Counted from the whole stretch's first letter, positions 1 through 11,333 are shown. The stretch: DNA of 51,067 nucleotides, filler included, from Catajapyx aquilonaris (GCA_000934665.2; 3 parts of 3 records of this genome joined end to end with filler, not necessarily neighbours in it); one strand, 5' to 3'. Notes: generated by a model not told the origin, from the letters alone. Translations and numbers: made by a program.

Positions 1-475
1 CCTATAAAGTTCAGCCTTAGTCCGGTAGGGTCGCCACTATGTCGTGGCCCCCGAAATGACTCCTGGTGCTCTCAGGTGAGCGCCCGCTGCAAAACGCCCC
101 GGCAGGGGGTGGGTGGGAGTGACCAGACCTTACTTATATGACCGTGGTCTGGACACTCCCTCTTATCGCCTGCCAGGGTGTTTTGCATGAGGTGCTCACT
201 TGAGAGCGCCATGAGACAGCTTTTCTCTGCTCAATTATGTGGCGACCCTACCGGACTACACTGAACTAACAACTAAGGTAGAAGAGAAGCTGCTACATGC
301 GGGCCCAACATGGCCGCAGGCGACCATGTTGGGTCCCCCAATGTAGCGCTTCCCTTTTGTACCTATAAAGTTCAGCATAGTCCGGTAGGGTCCCACATAA
401 TAGAGCGGTGAAAAGTCTCATGGCACTCTCAGGCGAGCATCTCATGCAAAACACCACGGCAGGCGATAAGATAAG
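1..475. repeat. Alternating direct/inverted repeat array (A-A'-A) forming long imperfect hairpins
   Basis: cctataaagttcagc...tagtccggtagggtc at 1 and 362; reverse complement gaccctaccggacta...ctgaact at ~245-267; hairpin centres near 135 and 318. Confidence 0.85.
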
Positions 476-500
476 ATTGTAGGGGAAGTGTCCGGAGGCT

Positions 501-1589
501 GGCCGTAACTCACAAGGGAAGATCACAGGGTGATAATGACGGATCTTGATGAAATTTAACATGCTAATACAGGACAATATAATATGATAGCCAAAAATGA
601 AATATTTCGTGCGGAACCCCATATTTGCCAAAGTTATGACGTCTTAAAGTTCCAAAAATAATACATTTTCATACTCCATGGGATTACATTAGCGACCACA
701 TATAATGACATTGAAGTGTGTAATCAGTTTCTAGACCTTTTCTCATCGGAAAAAAGTCATACAGAACTGCTCTGGCCATCCGTCCGTCCGTGGACAGGTA
801 TCAAGGCCTAAACAGTAAGAGATAGCTATAAACGGTTTTCATATTCAGATTGAGCGTGACCAAAATAAGTTTCATGGTCAACTTCTTGTGACCTGCCACT
901 TCCGGTCTTCCGGGTTCACACTATCCGCACAAGTCTACTTTACGGGCAGGTTATCGTTGGATTTCGAAGTTAGTTTCGTGTATTCCTGACCTTGTTTTTC
1001 GGGGATTTACTCCGGGTTTTACCTGACTTTCTGGCACAAGGGCTGTGGAATTTATTCCTGACGTTGGACATGTTTGCAATGAGCGTCATCGGCCGCCATG
1101 ATGTTATCGCCCAAGCCGATACTGGAATCGATATGTTGCCTAGGTTACAATAAATCGATTCACATGCTCCCTGAAAGAATGAGAAAAGGTCTAGAAACTG
1201 ATTACACACTTCAATGTCATTATATGTGGTCGCTAATGTAATCCCATGGTGTATGAAAATGTATTATTTTTGGAACTTTAAGAAGTCATAACTTTTGCAA
1301 ATATGGGGTTCCGCACGAAATATTTCATTTTTGGGTATCATATATTGTCCTGTATTAGCATGATCAATTTCATCAAGATCCGTCATTATCACCCCGTGAC
1401 CTTCCCTTGTCAGTATCCACTTTCCCCTTGTGGCCAGCAAAGAAATTAGTGTTACCGAATGCATCCAAGAGGTGGAGTTGGGGTAGGGGGGGAAAAGGAA
1501 CGGGTACCCCAACTGCATCTCTTGGATGCTTTCGGTAACACTAGCTTTCTTTTCTTGCCGCAAGGGAAAGTGGATACTGAGTTACGGCC
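501..1589. mobile_element. Short palindromic (hairpin) element interrupted by the 513-1409 insertion
   Basis: ggccgtaactc[insert]agtatccactttccc... is the reverse complement of gggaaagtggatactgagttacggcc (1564-1589); inner arms ~1440-1550. Confidence 0.7.
513..1409. mobile_element. Tc4/Tc5-like non-autonomous element with ~235-bp TIRs
   Basis: CAAGGGAAG...CTTCCCTTG termini; TCA duplicated at 510-512 and 1410-1412; inserted into one arm of an older hairpin element. Confidence 0.8.
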
Positions 1590-1791
1590 TTCTTGCTTCT
1601 GACGACAGTGCTCTGTTCCGGGTAATGTATCCTGACCCAAAGTAGATTTTCTTATATGATATGCTACTAATGTGGCACAAATATGACACCAGTCCTTGGC
1701 CTTCTGCCACATGAGAATGTTTGAGAAGCGCTGTTGTAGGCCTACTTCATATTTTTGGCAGCCTGCATTATCCTGACTGCATTAAAATATA

Positions 1792-2304
1792 CAGCGTGTT
1801 CCAAGTATCTGGGTCACTTTTGGATAACTGCTATTGCCCAATAACAGTTATTTTTTGTAGCTTGTTGTGCCCCAATTCAGTTGCCCCATTTCAGCCCTCC
1901 GCAACTTTCACTCCAGTCATACGTAGAGGACAGTGAGCTTAGTTGCGCTTTCCCCCCCCCACAGGAGAATGTTCTATTTGGCGCTGGGATCGGTCCACAG
2001 AGCACTACTTTTAGGGTCACGTTCGGGAGGACGCTTTTCTGAACCAACCAAAACCATCGTCCTTTCCAATGCAGCTGGGTCAGTAGAGAAAGTCGCAGAG
2101 CCAGCCACCCGAACAAGGCCCAAAGTAGTGCGCTGTGGAGGGACAACAGCGCCAAGTCCGTGCGCAGCTAAGCTCACGCAAAGGGGGAGGGAGTTGTGCG
2201 ACCTAAGTAATGGGGCAACTGAATCGGGGCACAACAAGCTACAAAAAAATTGCTATCAGGCAATAGCAGTTGTCCAGAAGTGACCCAGATATTGGAACAC
2301 CCTG
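1792..2304. mobile_element. Tc1/mariner-type MITE
   Basis: TA|CAGCGTGTTCCAA...TTGGAACACCCTG|TA with ~100-bp imperfect TIRs. Confidence 0.8.
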
Positions 2305-2380
2305 TATGATATTTACAGCCTTATCACTCGTATGATGGTAAAATGATCAGGACTGAGAGGACATGTGAACCCAAACTTAC

Positions 2381-2608
2381 CTGAAAGTCAATCCGTTGGA
2401 TGGTCTTCTTATTCTTGAGAATTGGGTGGGATGGTGCAAGTGTGACCATGCAAATTCTGTTGGAGTGGAAGAGGATGCAATGGTCCTCCCCTTTTCCACT
2501 GCTGCAGGGGTCTAGGGAGTAGCGGGCAGTGAAGTATCGTTCAGTCACAGTGGGATACTTCTCCTGGTGTACCACGCTCTCCTCAATTGTTGCTGAACTC
2601 TTGTCCAT
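2381..2608 (-). CDS. ABITRAM: Abitram / FAM206A / Simiate, first coding segment; later exons not found in the window
   Basis: MDKSS...[10 protein letters not shown]...[22 protein letters not shown]...IDFQ matches the FAM206A N-terminal motif; ATG context acaATGG; CAG|gtaagt donor at 2380. Confidence 0.9.
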
Positions 2609-2630
2609 TGTGCTTAACCCCCTGCTTCTC

Positions 2631-2726
2631 TTACTGTTGGCCACTCTTTGGTGCTTTTTCTGCTAAGTTCTGTTGACGGCGCTTCTCTAATGACTTCTCA
2701 AAGTTTGCTTTCCTTCGGTCTTCCCT
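2631..2726 (-). CDS. CMC2: CMC2 coding exon 3 (to stop; total 82 aa)
   Basis: Pyrimidine tract ttttcttatcatttag|AGG, phase 0; [31 protein letters not shown] is a basic C-terminal tail of the expected length. Confidence 0.85.
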   Translation of the reverse strand, partial: REDRRKANFEKSLEKRRQQNLAEKAPKSGQQ

Positions 2727-3341
2727 CTAAATGATAAGAAAATGATTTTAAACCAAATATTTCTAAGGACGGTCATGTATTCATGTTGTGGCACTCTCCT
2801 CTCCTGACTAAAAACTGGCAATGTAAGACAATCAGTATGCATGCTTCATTTAGTAATCTGACAACAACTGTTGATGTCAGTCACATCCTTGCAACAATTT
2901 TTTCTGTTCTTCTGAGCTGCAAAAATGGTTGTAACAGCTGAACTGGCAGTAACAACTTGTTATGTCCATGAATGTAAGATTTCGGTATGAATATGCGGCA
3001 CAAGATGGCCATGGCCCAGCCTACCCAATGGCATGGTTCTTGTTGTGTTTTGTAAATCAATGCTGTATACCTTCCTATTGGAAAGTTCGTTTCCAATGCT
3101 GAAAAATTTGAAGTGTCACTCCTGTGGGAGGCAGACCAGGTAAATGAACTATGAATGTTTACATGGGGACTTCAACTAATTACACTGTCCTTCCTGGTTC
3201 TGCCACTCTGTCATGCTCACTAGGACATTTTGAAGTAAAATCCACTTTCCAAATTATTCCAACCAATGGGACAGATAATAACGCAGATTGGCAAGGATAA
3301 CCTTCAAACCTTAAAGAAAATATGCGCATGTGCGGCTAGAG

Positions 3342-3586
3342 CAGAGGTTCTCAACCTGTGGGGCGCGCCCCAGGGGTGGTGCACGTCCTTACCCTCATAA
3401 TTATGTAGCTTTGCTGACATATTCAACCACATATTTATGCGAGTGAGGTTTCTCAGCACTGGCTGCCATCAAGTCCAAGTATAGAAACCATTTAAGCATC
3501 AAAAAGGACCTCCGGTGGCTATCAGCAACATTCTGCCCTGAATCCAAAAATTATGTGACTCGAAACAGGCGCAAAAGTTGCACTGA
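3342..3586 (+). mobile_element. hAT (Charlie/Buster-like) remnant
   Basis: CAGAGGTTCTCAACCTG terminus followed by STTYLCE*GFSALAAIKSKYRNHL...QAQKLH*, the hAT dimerisation-domain C-terminus, with stops and a frameshift. Confidence 0.75.
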
Positions 3587-3689
3587 TTTGGTAAGTACAG
3601 AACAAGTGGTCCCTGGTTTACGAACGACCCGATTTACAGAGATCCATACTTACGAATGCCCCCCNCCCCCCCCCCCCCCCCCCTTAAAA

Positions 3690-4006
3690 AAAATACCCCC
3701 ATTCTGGGCCATTGAGGCCTTTTTGGGGGGTGGATTACCACCATTTAGAACCATTTTCCTTTTTACTTCAATATCCGCGCAAGGACTTCAGGATGTGGGG
3801 TAGCGATAGGGATTGTTGGGGAGGGGACACTTGTGCAGGTGCAATGTCGGAATGTTGGGCCATGTGCAGTCTCCCAGGAGTTTGGTTACCAGACACCTCC
3901 AAGGTGCCGGTCAGAGACCCTCCTGACACAGGTGAAAGGGAACTCCCAGGCGGGGATTGAACCTGGGACCTTTCACTCAGCAAGCCCAGACGGCCACCAC
4001 ACCTCC
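3690..4006 (-). mobile_element. tRNA-derived SINE
   Basis: Head ggaggtgtggtggcc...ggttcaatccc (A/B boxes); body shared with the copy at 23973-24337. Confidence 0.8.
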
Positions 4007-5047
4007 ACGAATGGGCCCCCAATGGAAAGGGAGGGATAATACTCATTTAATTATCCCTACACTTTCAATCACTTCTGCGTATGTTGACGGCACCAAGTTC
4101 AACATAAATACTGTATAATTCATAAATAATTGGGAAACTACGTTCTTCGTGCATGTAAACGGACTCATGTGACGCAAGCGATTAGTTGGAGCAGCATCGT
4201 TACTCTTTTATATGCGCTGTTCCTCAGGGATCCAAGTTACATACAGATCCAACTTATGGACATTTTCAGGAACGTAACCCTGTTCGTAGACCGGGACTAC
4301 CTGTACTTCTGTACATTCCCGATGTGGCATAGGTTGACAACAGCTGGGATAGAGGGAGCAGGCGTTGTATCAAAAAGGAAGCAACCTGCAGAAAGTGCCG
4401 TCCGGTCAATAAATAACAAGTTGAAGATCATATCACAATGTAACATTTAACATTTTCAAAACCATGGGCAGTGATGATTTAGAGTTTTACACATTTATCC
4501 CAGTGAGACACTAAGTGAACAATGTCCTTCTCATAGAAGGTCTTGGGTTGTTGTTCCTGGAACCACATCTGAACCCCCTCCTTCACTACATCGTCCATCA
4601 TCTGGAATTGGCATCCACACAAAGCTTTCTTCAGTTCACCAAAACCGTGCGAGTCCTGTAGTGGGGGGTGTGTGGGGGTGTGGGGGTGTGTGGCGGCGGC
4701 GGAGGACTTCCACTTCAATTTATGCACAAGATCTTCGATGAAATTTGCTTTATGGGTGCAGGAATTATCATGTCATTCTCGCATGCAAGGATTGCACTTG
4801 GACGGCGCTTTCAGTAGGTTGCTTTCCTTTTGATCACGATGCGACAATGCTCCCTCTAGTCAAACATATGCTTGTGCATAATTTTCTTTAAGATTTGAAG
4901 GTTATCCCTGCCAATCTGCATTATGACCTGTCCCATGGGTTTTCCACAATACGGCCTGTTTTTTATTGACTGCACCTAATACATATAATACCAGTTCTTG
5001 CAAGCTTGCAAACCCACCTTATGGCCCTTAGGCTTTCCAGAACTCAC

Positions 5048-5119
5048 CTCTTTCTTCAGGCAACGCCAGACAGCTGTATCTGCTTCGTTGCAATACCCCA
5101 AAAACTTGGCAAACTTGTG
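5048..5119 (-). CDS. CMC2: CMC2 coding exon 2
   Basis: cttacag|CAC ... GAG|gtgagt; HKFAKFLGYCNEADTAVWRCLKKE contains the second CX9C. Confidence 0.95.
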
Positions 5120-5182
5120 CTGTAAGAAGAATACATATGAAGCACAACTTGGTAAAAAAAAACACCCAGCGTAAGATCTCAC

Positions 5183-5263
5183 ATCTGAGTGACACGAGTT
5201 GAGTGCCTCGATGAGAACGTTACACTCTGGCGTGTGCAGGTGGGCTGACAGGTCAGGATGCAT
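5183..5263 (-). CDS. CMC2: COX assembly mitochondrial protein 2 (twin CX9C), coding exon 1
   Basis: Encodes MHPDLSAHLHTPECNVLIEALNSCHSD, matching the CMC2 N-terminus (MHPDLSxHLHTxECN) with the first CX9C; ends at GAT|gtgag donor, phase 0; a tttag acceptor at 5277-5278 implies a 5'UTR intron. Confidence 0.95.
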
Positions 5264-5339
5264 GTGTGTGGGAAACCTAAAGCAATGGAAACATTTTGTC
5301 ACACGCACGTGTTCCTGCAGGAACGTGAAGTACACAATT

Positions 5340-5900
5340 ACGAATTATACTGGTTTGTACCTGCTGTAAAGTACAGTAGCAAGAAGTCGAGTACGAGCCG
5401 AGACACGGCTCGCTGAAGCAGGGTTGCCAATCGCCAGTTGTCTCCCTGGCAGGTCTGCCAACTGGCTGGCTCTGTAGCCACATGCCGGATTCCTAGGAGG
5501 AGTCCAGGAGATAGTGTGAGATTGGCCGCCAGGTGACACGACTGACCCTATATCCCTAATATATCCCCTTGAAGCGCTTCAGGCACATGCGGCTAAGTAG
5601 CGAACTAGCCTTTAGCATGCATTGCATTGCCTCATGTCCTGCCAGCCAGTCCTGGTCTCTGGCTGCAGCCTGCAATGCCACAAGAAGCTTCATTCTGCGG
5701 TATCTTATAATCCTACGAGGCTCCTGTGCTACTCTTGTGCAACACATCTCATATATTGTGTTGTGCCACTGATGGACCCTCTCATGAAAGGGCAGTTTAT
5801 TACTAGTGTTTTCAAACTCAACTTTAATGATCTATTGGATCAATTTCTAGTCAACCACAGTCAGATATTACGTGATGTAATCAGTGGTGTGTTGGAGGCA
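5340..5900. promoter_or_regulatory. Probable bidirectional promoter / 5'UTR region between CMC2 and COQ2
   Basis: Divergent ATGs at 5263 (-) and 5914 (+), 650 bp apart; transcription start sites cannot be placed. Confidence 0.6.
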
Positions 5901-5913
5901 TGAATACGTGGAC

Positions 5914-6169
5914 ATGAGTGGAATTTCGTGCATAGGGTTGAGGACGCTTATGGTTCCCAGGTCGCTTATGCTGGGAGCCAGGGGACTGTCGGGACACGTG
6001 CGGTGGAGAGATGATGGACATATGGAGTGCAGGTGGCAGAAAGGTGCGTGCAGCATGGTGCAGTTGGAGCAGAGAAGAGGGATGAGCCAGATTGCTACAG
6101 CAGCGGTACAAGCTATGCCAAAGAAAGCGCAGCCTTTCCTCAGGCTAGTAAGAGCCGACAAACCTACAG
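5914..6169 (+). CDS. COQ2: 4-hydroxybenzoate polyprenyltransferase, coding exon 1 (transit peptide; start codon uncertain)
   Basis: Ends PFLRLVRADKPT-G|gt (COQ2 RLxRxDKPxG motif), phase 1, joins exon 2 in frame. Confidence 0.85.
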
Positions 6170-6217
6170 GTATAAAGCTGGTGAGATATGACTATCAAGA
6201 GGTTATCGGGTAATCAC

Positions 6218-6908
6218 TGGCAACCCTGTTCCCCTAGCGCACGGAAATGGGGTTGTAGCTTTTGCGCAAGAAGGGAGATCCAGACGTACGTGGGGCTTGT
6301 TCGAGTCAAGTTTGGACCTGATCGTGCTACTGGTGATGGTGACATGGTAGTTCAAAGGGGCCGCATCCTCGTGCACCGCCCTAAGCCATTGCATGGAAGT
6401 TAGAACGGCGCTCTTGGTGTCATATTGTGTCATGCTGTACCTGAGATCAGGACTGTCAATGCCCAGTACTATTGCGACTTCTTGGAACACCCTCTGAGAG
6501 CAGTGATACGACGCAAACGACCACACTACATGAACACCAACCAATATCGTGTTGCATGACAATGCACCTTCCCATGTCGCAGCTGCAGTGAGAGAATTAT
6601 TGCCTCATTGGCAATGATAAACACTGGAGCACCCTCCCTACTCTCCAGACATGATAAGTCGTGATAGTACTAGTCATTGACAGTCCTGCCTCACCACCTC
6701 AATCTTCAACCAAGAGCGCTGTTCTAACTGGTGTCATGGCTTAGGGCGGTGCACGATGATGCAGTCCCTTTGAACTGCCCTGTCACCATCACCAGTAGCA
6801 CAATCGGGTCCAAATTTGATACGAACAAGCCCCACGTCTGTCTGGATCTCCCTTCTTGCGCAGAAGCCACCACCCCGTTCCCATGCGCAAGGGGAACAGG
6901 GTTGCCAC
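6218..6908. mobile_element. Foldback element (~200-bp inverted arms) enclosing a mariner transposase fragment
   Basis: 6218-6420 is inverted at 6710-6908; 6546-6651 (+) reads IVLHDNAPSH...W..TLEHPPYSPDM with in-frame stops. Confidence 0.8.
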
Positions 6909-6934
6909 TATTTAAAATTCAACCCTCATATATA

Positions 6935-7631
6935 CGAGGGCTAGTCTGAAAGTAAGTTTTGCGATGCTACAGTTTCGACGCCATGGGACGAACAGGATAA
7001 AAACGATCATGTACATTGATCCTTCCTCTACTTTATAGGATGGGTAGGCGCCTTCTTGCAACTTATGCGCAGGTGATGCAGCCATTTGGACGAGACCAAG
7101 TGGCGAGCCAAGCGTGCCCGCCCACAGGAAAAGTCATGCCATACAGAGAGTGTTGATCACATCAACTATGGCAGAAGTGAGGGCAGATGTTCGCTACCAG
7201 TGGTCGACATTTGACATATGACATTCATCGCTGGCTAGTGGAGGGTATGGTCCGGAGATGTCATGTCTGAGCAAATCGTGCTGCGATATGGTGCCAGCTT
7301 GCGAGTGTAAAGGACAACCAGAGACCTGGACTACCTGCAACGGCAGTTACCAACAGTGTCGTCAAGTGTCCTAACTTCTTTCTCAGTCCATGTGACCAAC
7401 ACTCTTTGTCTGGCATGGCATTTCCTGGTGGAATGTGGGTGGGCACACTCGGCTAGCCAGTCGGTCTCGTCCGATGGCTGCCGCACCTGCGCAGAAGTTG
7501 CAAGAAGGCATCTACCAATCCTATAAAGTAGAGGAAGGATCAACATACCTGCTCATGCTCGTTTTTACCCGGTCCGTCGCATGGCGTCAAAACTGTACCA
7601 TCGCGAAACTTACTTTCCGACTGGCCCTCAG
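6935..7631. mobile_element. Mariner-type MITE with long TIRs
   Basis: TA|CGAGGGCTAGTCTGAAAGTAAG...CTTACTTTCCGACTGGCCCTCAG|TA; inverted similarity extends ~150 bp or more. Confidence 0.8.
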
Positions 7632-7678
7632 TATTACTAGGATTTTTAATATTCTTAAAAATTCAAAATTCAGCCTTT

Positions 7679-7726
<48 letters not shown>

Positions 7727-7729
7727 ACC

Positions 7730-8142
7730 GAAGCAGTAGTGGTGTAGTGGATATGGTGTCCGACTGCTAATCGGGAGGTCCTGGGTTCGAATCCCGGAGG
7801 CCGGTGATCCTGATCTTGGTTTTCTGTGGTTTCCCAAGGTCGCTCCAGGAATAATTTCCAGGATCGTACCGTAAAATAGGCCACAGCCGCTTCCTTCCGT
7901 TCCCTGTCCTGGAGGAGGTGCGGGTCAGGCGGGGGTTTCTGACCCGCATCTAGGGGGTCATCTATGGCGAACGGACCCCCTGAGGGACTGCACACGACCC
8001 CCAACCTGAGACATTGCACATGCACCAGTGTCCCCCCCTCCTATCCCTACCCTGTCCCTGCACGATAGTGGTAATCCACTCCCCTAAGAGAGCCCATGGC
8101 TCTAGCACGGGGTATATCTAAATAAATAAAAAAATAACAAAA
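7730..8142 (+). mobile_element. tRNA-derived SINE flanked on both sides by (CTA)n
   Basis: tggtgtagtgg A box, ggttcgaatcc B box, central ttttctgtggtttccc...ggccacagccgcttccttcc domain shared with 18125-18406. Confidence 0.85.
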
Positions 8143-8195
<53 letters not shown>

Positions 8196-8564
8196 TTACT
8201 ACTGGGCAATTCCGCGGAAAAGCAGACATGAGATACGATTTTTCAATCTCTAAGCAAGGGGAATCAAAGCACATAAAAAGAAAGAATGGACTCCATAGTT
8301 TCATTTCCAAATTACTTTCCCACACTTTCATCCCCAGTGGCCAAGAATCCTTTGCGTTTCAAAGCGCACCCTCTCCGGTTTCCGCACATGTGACGTGTAT
8401 TGCCATCGTATCGCTCACTGTAGTGGACTTGTGAAAGAAGAGGGACATTAGTGTTTTACATCATGTCAAACAAGGAAATTACCTATGATCGACCTGTATG
8501 ACTTCCCCATTTGTGTGACAATATCACTTTCTATGGCCATATAAAAATGTGCCATTTTTACTAT

Positions 8565-10746
8565 CCCTTTATTTAATATAGGCCCCTGTGTTTGACTCGA
8601 AACAACTCCCAGGCAAATGATCCAAAAAATTAATGTTATATATCATTGGATAGCTTGTTTAAATCCACGTTACATATATGCGAGTTGGTTTCCTATCATC
8701 AGTATGTAATTTTTTATTGCAAGAAGAAGGTGGAAAGGTGTCATTTTTTGACTAGTTGCCAACGATACGCCGCAACATGAATTTTTTTCTGACACTTCCC
8801 TGAGGCCAAAAAAATCCTCCTGTGAATCATGGATATTGCAAATCTTTGTCTATCTGTAAATTATTAATAGCCGACTGTCATGGCAACTCCTCCTGCACCG
8901 TACGGCCTACAGCTTTGGGAGTGGTATCAAAATTTTGCCCGTGTTTTCTATATTTCCAAACCACTTTTTTTTTTTTGGAAATGGTGCAGAGGGACTTTGC
9001 GAAACTTTAAAAATGCACTCAAAAAAACGACCGTGGCCCTTCCACGGAATTCCCATTTCCGCTGTTCCGGGCGCCACCTCCTGGGTGGGCACTCGCATAC
9101 TTCTGCTCTTCACCGTCGGATGTCACTTCGATGCTGCTGCCTGGTGCGGTCTCTCCCTCTCTCTCTCCCTCTCTCTCTCCCTCTCTCTCTCCCTCTCTCN
9201 NNNNNNNNNNNNNNNNNNNNNNNNNNNNNNNNNNCCCTCTCCCTCTCTCTCCCTCTCTCTCTCTCTCCCTCCCTCTCTCCACGTTTGCACTTTTGCCTAA
9301 TTTTTTGCCTAATTTTGGCAAGTTGGTGCCTAGTCTAATGTTATATTTGAAACTTAGAAATTGCCATTTGTGTAATCATAACTAAGTTAATTGTACACCT
9401 CTGTTATCTTGGCAGTTTCACATCCTAATTGCTTTGCAAACCAGAAATGTGCATGATAAAATTACACTGTCCTCGATTACATTGAAATTTTTGAAAGTAT
9501 TTTAAAGTATCAGTGTATTCCCACCTGAAAGCATGCTGGGTACTTGCCTATTAAACTTAATAAACCAATACTTTTAACATTTTTAGTGCAATAGAGCACA
9601 GTTTAATTTTATTACACACATTTCTGGCTTGCCGTCGATACATTCGAGAAGTAATTCAGATTATAAACGGCCGAGATAACAGGTGTGCAATTATCTTAAT
9701 TATGATTACACAAATGGCGATTTCTAAGTTTCAAATGTAACATTAGATAGACAAAGATGTGCACTATCCAGGGTTCACAGGAGGATTTTTTTGGCCTCCA
9801 GGAAGTGTCAGAAAAAAATTCATGTTGCGGCGTAACGTTGGCCACTAGTCAAAAAATGACACCTTTCCGCCTTCTTCTTGCGACAAAACATGACACACTG
9901 ATGATAGGAAACCAACTCGCATATATGTAACGTGGATTTAAACAAGCTTTCCAACAATATACAGGGTCATCGAAAAGGAATGTCCCATTTTAAAAACCCT
10001 ATAACTTGAAAACTTGCAGACATATCTGAATGATTTAAGTTTTGAAATACTAAGGAAGGTCTAAAGTTTTGGTTTCAGATTAGTTTGTTTCAATATGGGT
10101 TTCATTTGTAGCTTGGCAGACAAAAAAGGCAATATGTTGTCTCGAGCCCAACTGGCTCTATGACATTTGAAGTTACTGTTGCAATCCTATCCCAAAAGTG
10201 CTGCATATCTCTGATATTTACACTACAGACATTGTTCTTGATGATGCGAATAAAAAAGTCACCTCTTCCGTGAAATTAACCTGCCATAGAAAAATTTCAT
10301 TTGTTCAGCCTCCCAGTGTGAGAAGTCTTGAAGGAGAAGTTTCCCAATGCCTAGCCCCTCCAGAAGCCCAAATTTTACCCCAGTCGACTTTTTGTGGAGA
10401 TGCATGTATGGTGAAAAGATTCGGCATCTCCAGCACCTACAGGAAACAATTTCAACGGTAACGCCAGCCATGCCTGAGCGGGTTAGGCACGACACCGATT
10501 ACCTGATTTACATTTTTTGAGCGACAAATGGAGCTCATATAGGAACAAACTACGGAAAGACCAAAACTTTAGACATTTCTTAACATGTCAAAACTTAAAT
10601 CTTTAGATATGTCTACAAGTTTTCGAGTTATAGGGTTTGAAAAATGGGACATTCTTTTTTGATAACCCTGTATAACATTAATATTTTGTATCATTTGCCG
10701 GGGAGTTGTTTCGAGTCAAACATAGGGGCCTATATTAAATAAAGGG
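8565..10746. mobile_element. Large foldback DNA element (CCCTTT...AAAGGG) with a different insertion in each arm
   Basis: 8565-8855 is inverted at 9745-9961 plus 10671-10746; 9334-9418 is inverted at 9665-9748. Confidence 0.8.
9962..10670. mobile_element. Tc1/mariner-type MITE nested in the right arm of the foldback
   Basis: TA|CAGGGTCATC...GATAACCCTG|TA, ~130-bp TIRs; the host arm resumes after the TA. Confidence 0.85.
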
Positions 10747-11333
10747 AAAGTAAGTGTTGGTGCATTATGAACTTTTGCGAAAAATTGGCTCTGTGCAACT
10801 GCTTTTTCAAATAGAGACATCAAATCTCAGATCCTTCGTTAGACTTGATCGTTCCACTTATATGCAAAATTGCAGCCCCACAGGACGTTTTGACCTTGTT
10901 ATATCAGCATCATGCACCAACCCAGCCACCCGCATTTGCCACCGTCTGTATTTTGCCTCATACCACAGCAGCCCGGAGACACGTTCGCAAGTCCTCAAAT
11001 AAAAAGGGTTTGGGTGTGTACGTTCTGGCCGGGAAGTTTTGGATATATACTGTATCAAGTTATCTTTGTCCCTTCATCGGATATCGTAGAAAACACAAAT
11101 GAGCGGCAGGAGCACTGGGATGCAATAAAACCAATTTCATGCACCCACAGAGTACACTGTGTCAGGAGCATTGGGAACTACCTCGTCCAGGTTGGAGCAG
11201 AATGTAAGAGCAAGAAGAGCTGGAAGGTAGTCAGTTTGTTGTGAAGAGAGAGACACCAAATGACAGGTTTTTTTCCTTTGTGTATTAACTTTTCTATCAT
11301 GTGCTACTTTTCATTTCTGAGGGAGAGAATAAA

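Larger units (their letters stand above)
3260..4940 (-). mobile_element. Decayed mariner element with long TIRs; left TIR interrupted by nested insertions
   Basis: Inverted pairs ~3263-3330/4870-4940 and ~4350-4405/4800-4860; 4479-4780 (-) encodes HDN.. and FGELKKAL...WFQEQ..FYEKDI..LVSHWDKCV (mariner transposase C-terminus). Confidence 0.75.

Noticed and set aside
2324..2644. ORF-track start (GTG at 2644) and read-through end for ABITRAM; also a CMC2-ABITRAM fusion protein
   Set aside because: The true ATG is at 2608 and the exon ends at donor 2381; the two ORFs are in different frames with a stop between them
4976..5335. Single-exon 119-aa ORF
   Set aside because: Read-through of CMC2 exons 1-2 and flanking introns; canonical splice sites give the conserved protein
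7730..7800. tRNA gene (also at the other SINE heads)
   Set aside because: A/B boxes run into SINE body and tail, several copies have TSDs, and there is no intact cloverleaf or terminator
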